A DNA stretch of 64,000 nucleotides from Octopus bimaculoides (taxonomy: Eukaryota). Position 1 is the stretch's first letter, and each line of letters begins with the position of its first letter. The notes under the pieces were generated by a model. That model was given only the letters and a program-made list of their open reading frames with translations, was not told where the DNA came from and made no database searches. The DNA lies in contig NC_068982.1 in NCBI RefSeq assembly GCF_001194135.2, forward strand, positions 104,660,991 to 104,724,990, written 5' to 3'. This document shows positions 23,301 to 34,892 of this stretch, piece by piece. A program made the translations under genes and the position numbers.

Positions 23301-26300
23301 TGAAAATTGTATGATGAAATTGCATTTTTCTGAAACATTTGATTCTTGAGAATATGTGAAAATTCACATAGGGGCAATTAATCAATCAATCTATCTATCA
23401 TATTCTACTTACATTTCTGTCAATGTATGTATCTGTTTATAATAACAATACAAACATTTAAACCAAATAACTAAAAAAAAAAGAAATAATTAAAAAAATC
23501 TAAATAATTTCAGTGCCCCAGCCTTTGGGCTACTACACATGAAAAGGTATAAGTAACATCCACAGCTATTTGCTAAGGTTATTTCACTTTAATTTAACTA
23601 TGTATCAATATACCTAGCCAGTCATCTTTCTATCTCCTATCTGTCAATGAATATATCTATCCACAATATTCTTCTTTAACCTCTCAGCACAAACACACAC
23701 ACACTTTCTCTCTCTCTTCATTTCTTCCTTGAACTAACCATTTGACAGCATCTTAGTGTAATAACTATTACTTTACCCCCTACTTCACATCGTTAAACTT
23801 CTCTCCTTCCTTTTCTCTCTCTTCAGCTAACCACATGACAGCGTAACGCATTTTGACCTTAGCATATTAATATATAGATTCTCATAAGACACAATTCAGT
23901 TTCAATACTGCATGCAATAAAAGTAATGGTTACAATTATTCACATTTCATTCGAAGTTGCACTTAGAAATTTCATTGCTTTTATCAGGGACACAGTACAG
24001 TGCCAATAAGAAATGAATTCTTATATTCTCAAACCAGATAGCAAATATCATATCTCCTTTCCTTGCTCTTTTCTGTCTTGCAAGTTACTTGGCAACCTTG
24101 TTAGTGCTGATGGCATGATTAATGAACCCAATACACACTATAAAGTGATTGGCATTAGAAAGGGCAACCAGCCATAGAAACCATATCAAAACTGACAAGG
24201 AACACCACACTACAGCCCTGTTACTCACCAAATCCTTTCAAATTGTTCGGCCATGCAAGCATGGAAAACAGGTGTTAAATGATGATGATCTTGCTAATAG
24301 CTAATTTTATTAAAAAATTGTTGTCATTAAAACGTAAATGTCAAGATATATCCATACACCACACAATCCAATAAGGCAAAACTGCAAATTACATCTCCAA
24401 GAATGAGATATGACCTAATTTATAGAATTCTTAGCCAGGAATAAATAAATTCTCTTTTGAAATCTAGTCAAAGAGAAAAACAGAGTTAAGCTTTCATTTT
24501 GGAGCAAACAAAAGAGCCTCTATGTAGTTGCCTGACCTGCAAACAATAGCAGATGAATTTCTCCCAAACCACATCCTAAAGTTTTTAAGAGAGAAAGGAA
24601 ATTAGATAATGTAGTCCAGGATACACTAGACCTGATAGTCATGGACTGTATCTTTTTTTTTTTATTGTAGGTCTTGTCAATCAAGGCTAAGCAGTTAAGT
24701 ATCTTGTATATCATACTATAAAAATATTTAAATATTAAGGGTAAGAATCCTGTTTTCTACATAACAGAAACTGGGTAATATTTTCATGACAGATAAATTC
24801 ATATTTGATTAAGAGATATTTACTTGGAAACAAGTTCTGTTAGGTTGCCAATGATCTATCATAAATTTCTAGGAATTAAGACTGTCATACACAAATTGAA
24901 TCCATCTTCCTAACTTTGCTGCAATTGTTACTTAAATATACAAACATAAACTTGATGCAACATTCTCAGGGTGCTACATAAGACTTAACACATACATCTA
25001 GCACTTCCTGATGAATATGCAAATAATGCAGGATATATTCTTTCTATTGATTTGTTCCGATTGCAAGTCGCTTCCATGTATTTGTCTATATACCTTCATG
25101 TCATATGTCAGATCCTATCCAACCCAAGTCAGTATGGAGGATGGATCTTAAATGATAAACAAATATGAATTGGTACTATTTAAGATATTAAACCAAGTGA
25201 AGTAAATAAAATTAAAAAATAGAAATATATTTTCTTTCAGAATCATCAACTTACCGTATCATTCCTCTAAATGATTCACGTAATCTAATTTTTCCAACAT
25301 TCATTATAGAACACTTACAAAATCGAGGGTTCACATTAGTTATCTGATAAAAAAAATAAAAAAAATCATATATATGGTTATAGAAATAAATATGCGTCTG
25401 TCTATGTGTACAAAAGAAAGAAAAAGATATTCAATATTTATTAAAATTTTAAGTTTCATTGTTGCTACTTTGAAATTTTCTTTCCAAGGAACAGTAAACT
25501 TAGGAAGAGCAACAGAAGGCAGATTTTATTTTGGATATGCATTGTCTCATTTACTTTTAATTAAAAATAACAAAACAAATTTATGATATAATGCTAACTG
25601 CCATGTATCTCTTCAGAAGCAAGAAACCTGCCCTTGCCTCCTCTTTCATAACACTTGTTGGATCCACTCAAACGATCTAACCCATACCAGCATGAAAGGA
25701 CATTAAATGATGATGGTGATGATAGAATGTTTAAGGACATTTTTACCTTTGCTGTAACTAGTGCATCAACTGATGGCACAATATTTTCTGTTTTAGTTGT
25801 GCATACTTCCACCAATGTCTACAAAAAAAAATTTTTGGAAAATCAGCATTTTCAAAAATAATATATTGTGTATATTCATGTGTCTTAAATTCAAAGTTTA
25901 CATCTGAAAGCTTTGTCTTTGTATAAAATGTTAAGGAGTATTAACCACAATAAGATATGACAGCTATAAACACCAAATAATGTGAACTAGCTTGAAAATT
26001 TGATTCTACTTCATAGATTTGGTATGCAAGAAGGCTTACTACTATTCTACAGTACATGTATACATGACTCCCACACACACACACAGAGCTATATAGTTAA
26101 GTAATTAACTATCAACCTAATTTTGATAAGCATAAAGCTTACTGCTGAACTGAAAAGTAATATATTTTTGTCTTAATTTGATTGAAAATTAAATGAATGA
26201 GATAAAGCTTCTGAAGGTTTCTGACAAAATAAAAACAGGTATCTAAGAACATTTGTATTAAATGCGCTCATAATCTGGTAGCAATGTTCAGCTATCACTG

Positions 26301-28820
26301 TATTAGCTTTTAAGATTTCAAACTGGACATGACTTGATGTAATCAATTTTAGGAAAGTACAGCATGAGAATTATGAATTAACTACAAAGATCTTGATATA
26401 ACTATAACAGATATTATGAACACCAATTCGAGACAAACATACTCCTTAATATGAAAATAGGAACTACAAACACTGTAATACAATCAGTAACGCAATTATC
26501 CTACAAGTAATAGAGACTTGGTTGGAGTCACACCCGTAAGCTAACAGCTCTTTTCTATTCTATATTGTGCCTATCAGGTACAATAAGACACAGCAGATAA
26601 ATACTTAATAATGTAAAAGGGTGTTGGGTAGAATAGATTTGAAGACATATATATATACACATGTACTAAAGCTTCATTCTGTTGCTACAAGTATTTTATT
26701 GTTAGCTGTAAAACATTAGTTGCAATATTTTTTGCATCCTTCAACTTACAAGGCAATACAACACTTATGAAAAACACAGAACTGGCAAAAGAAAAACAAA
26801 ATGATTAATCATTAAAGTATAACTTACTTTATCTTCAGTGGTTTCTGTATGAAGGAAACCTGCTAGGCTTGAATAAATATAACCATTTCGGATGTAAGTC
26901 CCATTTCCACTACATTTATCATCAGTTAGTTGACAAAGCTTTTGCCCTAAAAATCAATATACATCTGGATCTTTACATATTTCAAATACACAAGCATATT
27001 TTAACACCACTAGAAACAGTTTGTTTACTTAGTACTAAAGTATATTTGCTATAATAAAAGAGAGAGAGAGAGATTAAGCTAGAAGTTTAAAGAAGGGAAT
27101 TATTACTTCTTGGCAACATATCATTTCTCATTCCATGCAAAAAGCTGGCTATTAGCAAGTGTAAGATTAATAATAATAATTATTAATTTAATTCCATTTT
27201 CCATCCTGGCATGGGTTGGATGACTTGACAAGAACTGGCCAGAGGCTGCTACAGTCATATATGCTGATAGCAAAAGATTTGCATTTGGCTACAAGAGGTT
27301 TTCTTGTTTTATTGTGATCAATGCTACAGCCAAGTGCCATATAGTGAAAGGACCTACTTCATCGATATCTCATTGAGCCAAGAGGCACCAACAAAATTTG
27401 AACTTATTAAGGAAGTTAATATGTGATACCCATCAGTTCCAAAAGACCCATTATTGATGGAAGAGATCAATCTACTAGGAACCCAGGATTGGACATCTCT
27501 CATTGAAGGATTCCTTGCATTCAACTCACTGGGGTATTATCTGAGTTCTCTATCTGGCCAGCATACCGCAGCTAGCGGACCTCCCACTTAGTGGTCAGAA
27601 CTAAATCTTGTTTCACAACCTCTCACCTTCAGGGCCTGGAACACCTGCACTCTCCGGGACAAGAGTGACATTAATCGACCAGAATGACATACAGCCCTCG
27701 TCTGCAAGAAACTTGCTCACTTCAACATCAACATGACGGCCTTGAGCAAGACTAGGCTTCTTGGAGAAGGCAGCATCAGAGAAGCTGGTTCCAAATACAC
27801 CATCTTTTGGAAGGGGAAGAATCTTAATGAACCACGCATCCATGGAGTTGGCCTTGCCATCAAAACGCAAGTTGTGGACCAACACAGACTCATCCCAACT
27901 ACCGTCAGTGAGCACCTGATGACTTCAGATCACACTCATTTGGAACCAATTCCTTACGCTGATCTCTGTGTATGTCCCTACCCTCACATCTGAAGATGAC
28001 ATCAAGGCTTCATTCTACAACCTGCTGGACTGCACCATCCAGACAGTCCCCACACATGACAAACTCGTCGTGTTGGGGAACTTTAACGGCAGAGTCGGCA
28101 GTGACTATTGTCTGTGGAATGGCATTCTTGGCCATCACAGCATTGGGAAATGCAATGGCAATGGCCAGCTCCTTCTGGGTCTTTGCACCAAGCAAGAACT
28201 TGTCATCACCAACTCCCTACCCAACAAAAAACAAACTGGAAACACCCACGGTCTAAACACTGACACATCTTCAACTATGTCCTGACATGATCTAGGGACA
28301 GACAAGATGTACGCATCAACTGCTCCATGCCTGGTGCAGATGACTGCTGGATGGATCACTGCCTTCTTATTTTTCACCTTGACATCAAGATCTGCTGCCC
28401 ACCAAAGTGGGTCTCAGCAAACATCCCTTGCTGACACTTTGACTGCGCCAAACTCTGGGACTCACGGGCATCCCAAGACTTCAAGGAATCCATTGAGAGA
28501 CACCCAATGGACCTCCCAGAGCCAACCTCCATTGAGGATCGCTGGATCAGCTTTCATGAAGCCATGACTGCTGCGGCCGAGGAAACAATTGGCTTTACCT
28601 GGAAGAAGGACCAAGACTGGTTTGACAAGAATGTCGGATCTTGGGAATTTTCCGAAAGTCCTCTCCCCACAAATTACTTTATAGTCGTAATGTATGCAGT
28701 TTCAAAGGTATTTCTATAAAATTTCATTGAAAAACCCATTTTCCTAAAAGTTATGAGGGAAAAACTTGAATTTTGTGACTTTTCCGAAGTCCTCTCAGCA
28801 CCCTCCCGTTGCTTTGCGCG

Positions 28821-28853
<33 letters not shown>

Positions 28854-29952
28854 CATATTCGTTTCCTACACATTGTTTTACACCCATTCCAGTATATTTT
28901 GGGAGATTTTCATTTCCGGGTCAGGATGTAAACATTAACCCAAATGTCTTTATAATCGTAATCTATGCTGTTTGAAAGGTATTTATATAAAATTTCATTA
29001 AAAAAAATAGAACCTTTTTTCCTAAAAGTTATGAGGGAAAAACTCGGATCTTGAGAATCTTCCGAAGTCCTCTTCCCCACCGCCGTTGTTTTCCACGCGA
29101 TTTTGTTTTCATATTCGTTTCCAGGTAATATTGCAAACATGAAGTATTATGCCCTTTTTTTTTCTTAATGTTACGTCGCCAATACAGCGCTTTGCTCCAG
29201 TTACTTGCCCTGAACCACAGAACTGATCATTGACCACAGAGTATTAAAATGATCACATTGTCCATAAATCTTTCAATATCTACTCATGTTTATCACTTGC
29301 TCTTCTCTCTCTATCCTCTCCTTGCACAACAAATGTTTTGTTTACGACTTTTACTCATTTCACATTTACCACCATCGAAACGCGTTTTCAGAAAATTTCA
29401 TAATTGGAATAAAATTGCACTAAAACAGGCAAAAGTGTAAAGTCATTTGACTTCAGTCCTTTTTTCACTCCTTCTTTTTCTAAATTAAGAAATAATGCTG
29501 TCTTCAAAAAGTTGTTTAGACATTGATGTTCAGAGATGAGTGTTGCAGTCACATTCATGTTAGATAACCAAGACATGTAGTATAGAACTGTTCAATTTCA
29601 TGAAAAACACGTGCTATTTATACAATAAGAATAAATGAAGTTGAAATTTTGACATAAAAAAAAATAAAATCTAAATTAGAGAATATCATAAATTAATAAG
29701 TTATAGTAAAGTTCTGAAAATATTAATAAAGAAATACAAGGTTCAGGTTTAAAACAGGATGAAGGAATCTAGGCATTCCTATTTATATTTTAAATGTTTA
29801 AGAAGCATTAAAATGAAATTTAAATTGCAGTTTAAATAAAAGTAGTATTTTAATATAGATAGTAAAAGAATATATTGTAGATACACAAAGCTTCATATAT
29901 AATTAGAAATAATCGGTTACTCACCAGGTAAACATATCCCTGACTTCAACAT
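20242..29952 (-). CDS. EXOSC1: Exosome complex component CSL4 (EXOSC1), complete spliced gene: 8 coding exons, 588 nt, 195 aa
   Basis: Exons 29952-29925, 26946-26828, 25818-25747, 25343-25255, 23165-23132, 22450-22400, 21156-21075 and 20354-20242 join in phase without stops. Protein: MLKSGICLPGQKLCQLTDDKCSGNGTYIRNGYIYSSLAGFLHTETTEDKTLVEVCTTKTENIVPSVDALVTAKITNVNPRFCKCSIMNVGKIRLRESFRGMIRKEDVKATEKDKVEMYQCFRPGDIIVAKVLSLGDAHSYLLTTAENELGVVVATSEAGYPMVPISWKEMQCPHTLIKEKRKVAKVQPQYIQNPE. Csl4 motifs recognised from memory: GTY.R.GYIYSSLAG, FRG.IRKEDV.ATEKDKVE, FRPGDI..AKV.SLGD, MVPISW.EMQCP.T..KE.RKVA. Confidence 0.97.
21075..21156 (-). CDS. EXOSC1: EXOSC1 exon 7 (82 nt; 5' boundary at a non-AG acceptor)
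   Basis: Encodes LSLGDAHSYLLTTAENELGVVVATSEA-G with a G|gtatag donor. An in-frame TAA at 21168-21166 limits the start, and no AG lies between that stop and the conserved SLGD. Confidence 0.9.
21157..22399 (-). other. EXOSC1: U12-type (minor spliceosome) intron 6 of EXOSC1, apparently GT-AT
   Basis: 5' splice site GTATCCTTT (22399-22391). Branch point TCCTTAAC (21172-21165) lies 9-16 nt from the inferred 3' end TAT|CTC. Confidence 0.88.
22400..22450 (-). CDS. EXOSC1: EXOSC1 exon 6 (51 nt)
   Basis: cctttctag| acceptor; encodes VEMYQCFRPGDIIVAKV; followed by the U12-type donor GTATCCTTT. Confidence 0.96.
23132..23165 (-). CDS. EXOSC1: EXOSC1 exon 5 (34 nt)
   Basis: ttttgacag| acceptor and AAA|gtaggt donor; encodes KEDVKATEKDK. 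Confidence 0.96.
25255..25343 (-). CDS. EXOSC1: EXOSC1 exon 4 (S1 domain)
   Basis: tttttatcag| acceptor and CG|gtaagt donor; 89 nt; encodes ITNVNPRFCKCSIMNVGKIRLRESFRGMI-R. Confidence 0.96.
25747..25818 (-). CDS. EXOSC1: EXOSC1 exon 3
   Basis: ttttgtag| acceptor and AAG|gtaaaa donor; encodes TLVEVCTTKTENIVPSVDALVTAK. Confidence 0.93.
26828..26946 (-). CDS. EXOSC1: EXOSC1 exon 2
   Basis: tttttag| acceptor and AAA|gtaagt donor; encodes QKLCQLTDDKCSGNGTYIRNGYIYSSLAGFLHTETTEDK. Confidence 0.95.
27615..28633 (+). mobile_element. RTE-clade LINE fragment: APE endonuclease region, frameshifted and 3'-truncated
   Basis: FRAWNTCTLRD, ALSKTRLLGEGSIRE, YTIFWKG, HGVGLAIK, SVYVPTL, KLVVLGNFNGRVG, GKCNGNGQLLLGLC...LVITNS and a linker DWFD, spread over ORFs 27733, 27968 and 28507. 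Confidence 0.93.
28634..29122. repeat. Complex direct repeat (two ~180-bp copies plus one partial copy)
   Basis: 28677-28866 and 28948-29122 share ctttat..cgtaat.tatgc.gttt.aaaggtattt...ttttcctaaaagttatgagggaaaaact...ttccgaagtcctct...catattcgtttcc; partial copy at 28634-28670. Confidence 0.9.
29925..29952 (-). CDS. EXOSC1: EXOSC1 exon 1, coding part (MLKSGICLP-G)
   Basis: caacATG start context and a G|gtgagt donor, phase 1. Confidence 0.9.
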
Positions 29953-30090
29953 GTTGTATACGAAACTATGGATCAACAAAGTTTACATATCATTATCAGA
30001 AGCCGCTTAGGAACATTCCCGCCACCTAAGGTAATTGTTTTGATTTGAAAACATTGAGTTTCGAAATTATTTCACCAAACATCCAGGTAA
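29953..30090. promoter_or_regulatory. EXOSC1 5' UTR/promoter, possibly bidirectional
   Basis: Directly upstream of the EXOSC1 ATG with local CpG enrichment. E2F-like TTCCCGCC at 30016-30023, TTTGAA at 30044-30049 and palindromic TTTCGAAA at 30059-30066. Plus-strand donor-like sites at AAG|gtaatt (30030) and CAG|gtaaca (30086). Confidence 0.5.
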
Positions 30091-30852
30091 CAAAAATGTA
30101 TTAGCTAATTTCCGTTGATTTTTTTTTTTTTTTAATATCGTTAGAAAATTCTCAGCTGTTTGCTTTACTTTTGTTTAAGTAAATAATCTATCTTTTAAGT
30201 GATACCAGCACCGGCAAGGTCACCACATAACTCGCAAGACAAAGATCCCTCGACTGAGATGGGAAGTGGTGTTGAAGGAGGTGGCTCTGTGTCAAGTAAT
30301 GAGGGTTAAATTATCATAGAGGGGCAGAAACAGGTGTCTTGCTGTAGAGGAAATACATGGTTGCCTCAGTTAGAACTAGAGAGAGATGATGGCAATGTAC
30401 CAGGGCATACTCTCGAAGTACAAGGATGTGAATATAAATGGAATGATAGAGGATTGCTTAAGGTGCATGAGTAGAGGGTTCATGAAAGTGCAAAAAGTGT
30501 GGAGAATTGTGAGTGATAAAGCATGAGTATATAACGGAACGACTGGATAGCAATGATAGTTGATAGAGGGAGGACAGTTTAATTCTATTTCTAATCAGAC
30601 TCTAACTTTCATGACCTGTTCCAACAGTTTGATACCTCTGTAGTTGTTTCTATATAAGACACCACCTTTACCCTCATAGCAACTAACTGTAATACTACTA
30701 CACTAGTTTTCTGATGTGATGCCTTCCTGGACAACCTAATGAACTATACAAGTGACTAGGCTCTAACTTACTCCACCAGATATTTTAAGCATCTCAGCAG
30801 TGATTCTAGATGGTCCCAGAGCTTAAGGTAATGGTTATGACATGAAAATGTC

Positions 30853-31262
30853 CAGAAGGTTGGAATTCCTGAGTGTGTGGAATATGTGTTTTCAATCTGG
30901 AGATGTGATACAAGATGTGAAGAAAAATCAATAGGATTTGAGTATTGTATGGCTTGTTCTGGCTAATGCTTATGGTTCTGAACCACACAGATTGTTGATG
31001 TAAGCAATGGATTTCTTTTATATACCAGGGAAGATTAAGGATCTGATGAAGAAGCACTACAACAATTTGAAAATGCAGACCACAGCAGAAAATTTCTCAA
31101 ACTAGCATCATCTTGAAATTGGAATTGTTGGAGGTTGCACAATATCAGTCAGCTGGCTTGAGCTTGTTATGGAAATGTTACTTAGATCAGCAATCTACTC
31201 AGAAGAAATGGGAAAAGTGAAATTACCTAAGAAGGCATTCATGGATGACATAACAATATTAA
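30853..31262 (+). mobile_element. Decayed HERO/R2-like (RLE-type) LINE reverse-transcriptase fragment
   Basis: QKVGIP..C.E...IW, then after a frameshift DLSIVWLVLANAYGSEPH...GI.GGCTISVSW..LVME...KAFMDDITI with two in-frame stops. Confidence 0.85.
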
Positions 31263-31951
31263 AAATAAAATATATATTGAAAAACAACACAGCTTACAAA
31301 AATAAATAGTAAAATGGTAAAAATGTTCAGAAAAGGAAAACAATAAATAAATGAAATACCAAGTTTAGAAATATTCTAAAACTATTTTGTAAGTGATTAA
31401 TGAGTGTTATCAATCCAGGAGTAAAATTTATACTCTTCCTTCAATGTATGAGGTACTCTACATCAAGCATGGACAACTATTTTTTTTTTTTTTCCTTTTT
31501 GAGAAACAGGCCACACGGCTAAGAGAATTCAAGGTAATTTTATCAATTGTCAAGCCATTCAGAAGTCTTGCAGGTTGCAGTTTACCTGTGATTACCTTAC
31601 GTGGTCATTCAGCCAGCTAGAAGTAGCAGCTGTTTTGTTTCAAACGTTACTGTCTTCTAACGGGAAAGTCATCCAACAAAGCAGTTCACTTTCTGTAATA
31701 ATAAATTTTAAAGCTGTGATTACTGTTGGAATCTTTTTATCTTAGGTTTGTTCAATCAAGGCCTACTTAGTGGGTTAAACAAATGCAAAACAATGTGAAA
31801 GTATGTTTGACAATTCCATTGCTACATGGAACAGGGGAGTTGGAAAACTTTAAGGAAAGCATTCTACCATGAACAATAAAATAAAAAATCAGTCAAGTCC
31901 TGGGTTGATTTAGTCAATGTTTGAGGTCATGTGTCAATATTAAAAATCAGT

Positions 31952-32158
31952 AAGGCAGTGGCAGAATTGTTAGCACACCAGGCAAAATGTTTAATGGCTT
32001 TTCATCCCTCACATCCTGAGTTCAAATTCCACCAAGGTTGACTTTGCCTTTCATCCTTTCAGGGTTGGTAAAACAAGTACCAGTTGAGCATTGGGGTCAA
32101 TGTAATTGACTTAACCTCTTCCCCAAAATTGCTGGCCTTGTGCCAAAATGTGAAATCA
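31952..32158 (+). mobile_element. Older copy of the aggcggcgagctggcag tRNA-SINE family
   Basis: ggcagaattgttagc...ctgagttcaaattcc...gactttgcctttcatcctttc...aagtaccagttg; similar copies at 36009-36216 (+) and about 41990-42122 (-). Confidence 0.8.
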
Positions 32159-32900
32159 GTGTTAGTCATGTTTGACACTGTTGAGCAGCCCCAATCCATA
32201 TTCCAATTGTAGCTCCAGGTCAATTCTAATAATTAAACACATTCCAACTGTGACTATTCCTTCATTTTAGTTTTATGGAACATTACATTATCGTTTTTAA
32301 AACTATTAGAGTGTAGTTTGAGGGAGATTTGGCAGGTTGGGTGGCCAGGTAGAAGCTGCATCCAATTGACAGGCTTGTTGGGAATTGATTGATAAAGTCT
32401 TTTATGATATAATTAATTCTAGTAATATGAGTTCCACTATCCTCTGACCTGAGTCTGAGGATTGAGGATCAAATTTAACTTCTGTAATTAGTTACCACGT
32501 TTCTCTCTCCATATGTAAAAGCAAGGCCTAAAGTGTGGCACTGCATAGTAGTGTAGTGTGAGCAGTGAATGCAGAGAGTATACTCAAAAAGAAATAAGTT
32601 GGATAGTCTATTGCAAGTACAATAAAAGTTGAGTGCAAGTAAAATAAAAGGTGTTAGCCAGTGTATGAAGAAGGGACTGGTGAGACTCGTCCTCTTTATT
32701 TTAACGTCCACTTTTCCATGTTTACATAAATTAGATGAAACATTCTGAAACAGGGTTTTTTTCTGTAGGCAGATGTTCTTCCTGTCACCAACCCTCACAT
32801 ATTTGTTTCCAAGCAAAGTAATATTCCTCTAGTCCTTTGAACAATGAACAGCTCAAAGGGTCAGGCATATTTTACTGGAAGACTGTAAACAAATGATACC

Positions 32901-34092
32901 ATGTGCATGAATGGTAAAACTGCAATGGGTGTAAGAGATGATCTCTATAACTGGTTGAATTCCTTCATTATTGGCCGAAAAGAGGTTGTCACAGTTCTAG
33001 GACAGCACTCTTCACCCTATGAGATGACATCTGGTGTACCACAGGGATCTGTTCTTGGCCCCCTTTTATTTGTTGCATATATTAATGACATAGATGCCAA
33101 CTTAAAGAATGCCACAGTGCTGAAATATGCAGATGACATCAAGCTGTACCTTGAAATAAAGAGGATAGATCCTGTACACTATAGATCTTTATTGCGATCA
33201 GACCTGGTCACAATGCAGCAATGGATCATGGGCTGGCAACTCAAACTGGCTGTGGACAAATGTACCACCATGCATTTTGGGAGGAAAAACCCAGTGTCTA
33301 CTTACTCCCTCCACAACACTAATCTCAAAAAGTGTTCTTGTGAACGTGACCTGGGCACTATTGCCAACAGCGATTTGCGTTGGACAAAACACATTGCTAA
33401 AATTGCCAAGAAGGCTGAGGGTGTCCTGGCATCACTTACCAAGTCCTTTGTGAACCGCTCTCCGGCTATCTATCTGAGGCTTTATATGGCTATGGTGCAG
33501 CCTCACCTGGAATTTGCATCACCGGTCTGGAACCCCTATCTTTCCCAGGATATTAATCGTCTGGAAACCGTTCAGCAACATGCAACCAAGAGAATACCCT
33601 CCATCAGGCATTTGCCATATTCTGAACACCTTACTTCCCTGGGCATGGATACATTGAAATTCCAACGTCTGGCAACTGACTTGGCAGACACCCATAAAAT
33701 TATTAACCATCTTACTAACAATAACTCTGAGCACCTTTTCAAACTTCACCTATCTAACACCCGTGGGCATGTTTACCAAGTCAGAAAACAGCACAACTCC
33801 CATGACTTTCGGAAACATTTTTTCACGCTAAGAGTTGCTGAAGTATGGAACAAACTGCTGGCATCAGTTGTTAGTTGTCGGAGCTCTGCATCCTTCAAAA
33901 CTTCCATGCTTCCTGAGATTCGCCAACACTACACATGATTTTCTCCCCTTCATACACACGCAAGCATGTATCTGATTCATACACTGTTCACTTTCCAGAC
34001 ATTTGTACATTACTGCATATGCTTTATATTTACTTTTGACAAGTTGTAGTGCACCTGAGCACTGTATACAATAATTTCATTATTATTATTAT
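32901..34092 (+). mobile_element. 5'-truncated CR1-clade LINE: C-terminal RT ORF (345 aa), 3' UTR and (ATT)n tail
   Basis: GVPQGSVLGPLLF, YADD, ERDLG, PHLEFASPVWNP, TRGH and RKHFFTLRVAEVWNKL motifs; stop at 33938; tail attattattattat at about 34080-34092. Confidence 0.96.
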
Positions 34093-34397
34093 AACTTTGT
34101 TATCTATCAATATGCAAATATCAAAACAAGAGGAAGACAAACACACACGTATATATTTCCAGCAGACACTGGAGCACAATGTAGTCCTTGGACTCATCAG
34201 ATCTTGTCAGACCATCCAACCCATGCCAACATGGAACATGAACATTAAATGATGATGATGATTTTTGTCTATCAGTTTCACCCATAAGGCATTGGTCATC
34301 CCACAGCTATAGTGTGACAGCTGTATAACAGTTCATTCCAACTGCATGTACAACATTCAGAATGAACTTTTTAACCACCTGGCCATGCCTGCACATA

Positions 34398-34613
34398 CAA
34401 GGGGGTGCTGAAAAGTTCCTGACTTTGGGTAAAAGAAAATACAGGAAAATCAGTTGATTATGGTTTTATTAAACATATTCCCCTCTTAGATTCGCATATT
34501 TATTGCAGGGGTCTTTCAGCTTTTCTAAATTTAGTAAAAGAACTCAAAGGATTGACCTTCAACCAGGCCTTTCACGCTACTATTAAAGCTAAGAACTTTT
34601 CAGCACCCCCTCA
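34398..34613. mobile_element. Tc1/mariner-type MITE (216 bp)
   Basis: TIRs (c/t)(a/g)agggggtgctgaaaagttc at both ends, with a TA dinucleotide at 34396-34397 and 34614-34615. Confidence 0.92.
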
Positions 34614-34643
34614 TATATATGTAGTGCATACTTTAGGCAAAAA

Positions 34644-34892
34644 GTGGGTATAACAAGAGTTGGAAAGAAGCTCTTCAGAAAGTATTCTCTGACTGATGGC
34701 CTAAGAATGTACACCCAGAGAGGCTGCACATGGAGATACAATGAGATCCTCAAAATTCTCTATAGTACCACTAAGAAGCATAAGGAAATGATCAATGGTG
34801 GCAAGAAACAACAGAAGAATGGCAATAAACAGTTATTTACATTTGCCCATCAAGATGGTTACCCAAAACAGAAGGGAAAAAACTGTGAATGA
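34644..34892 (+). mobile_element. Probable C-terminal fragment of a HERO-like LINE
   Basis: QRGCTWRYNEILKIL resembles the GRYTWRHN.VL segment after the zinc knuckle of RLE-type LINEs. Confidence 0.5.

Noticed and set aside
27105-27148. Candidate EXOSC1 exon 2 (ASFLHGMRNDMLPR)
   Set aside because: Phase-compatible with exon 1 but has no Csl4 similarity; the exon at 26946-26828 matches the family
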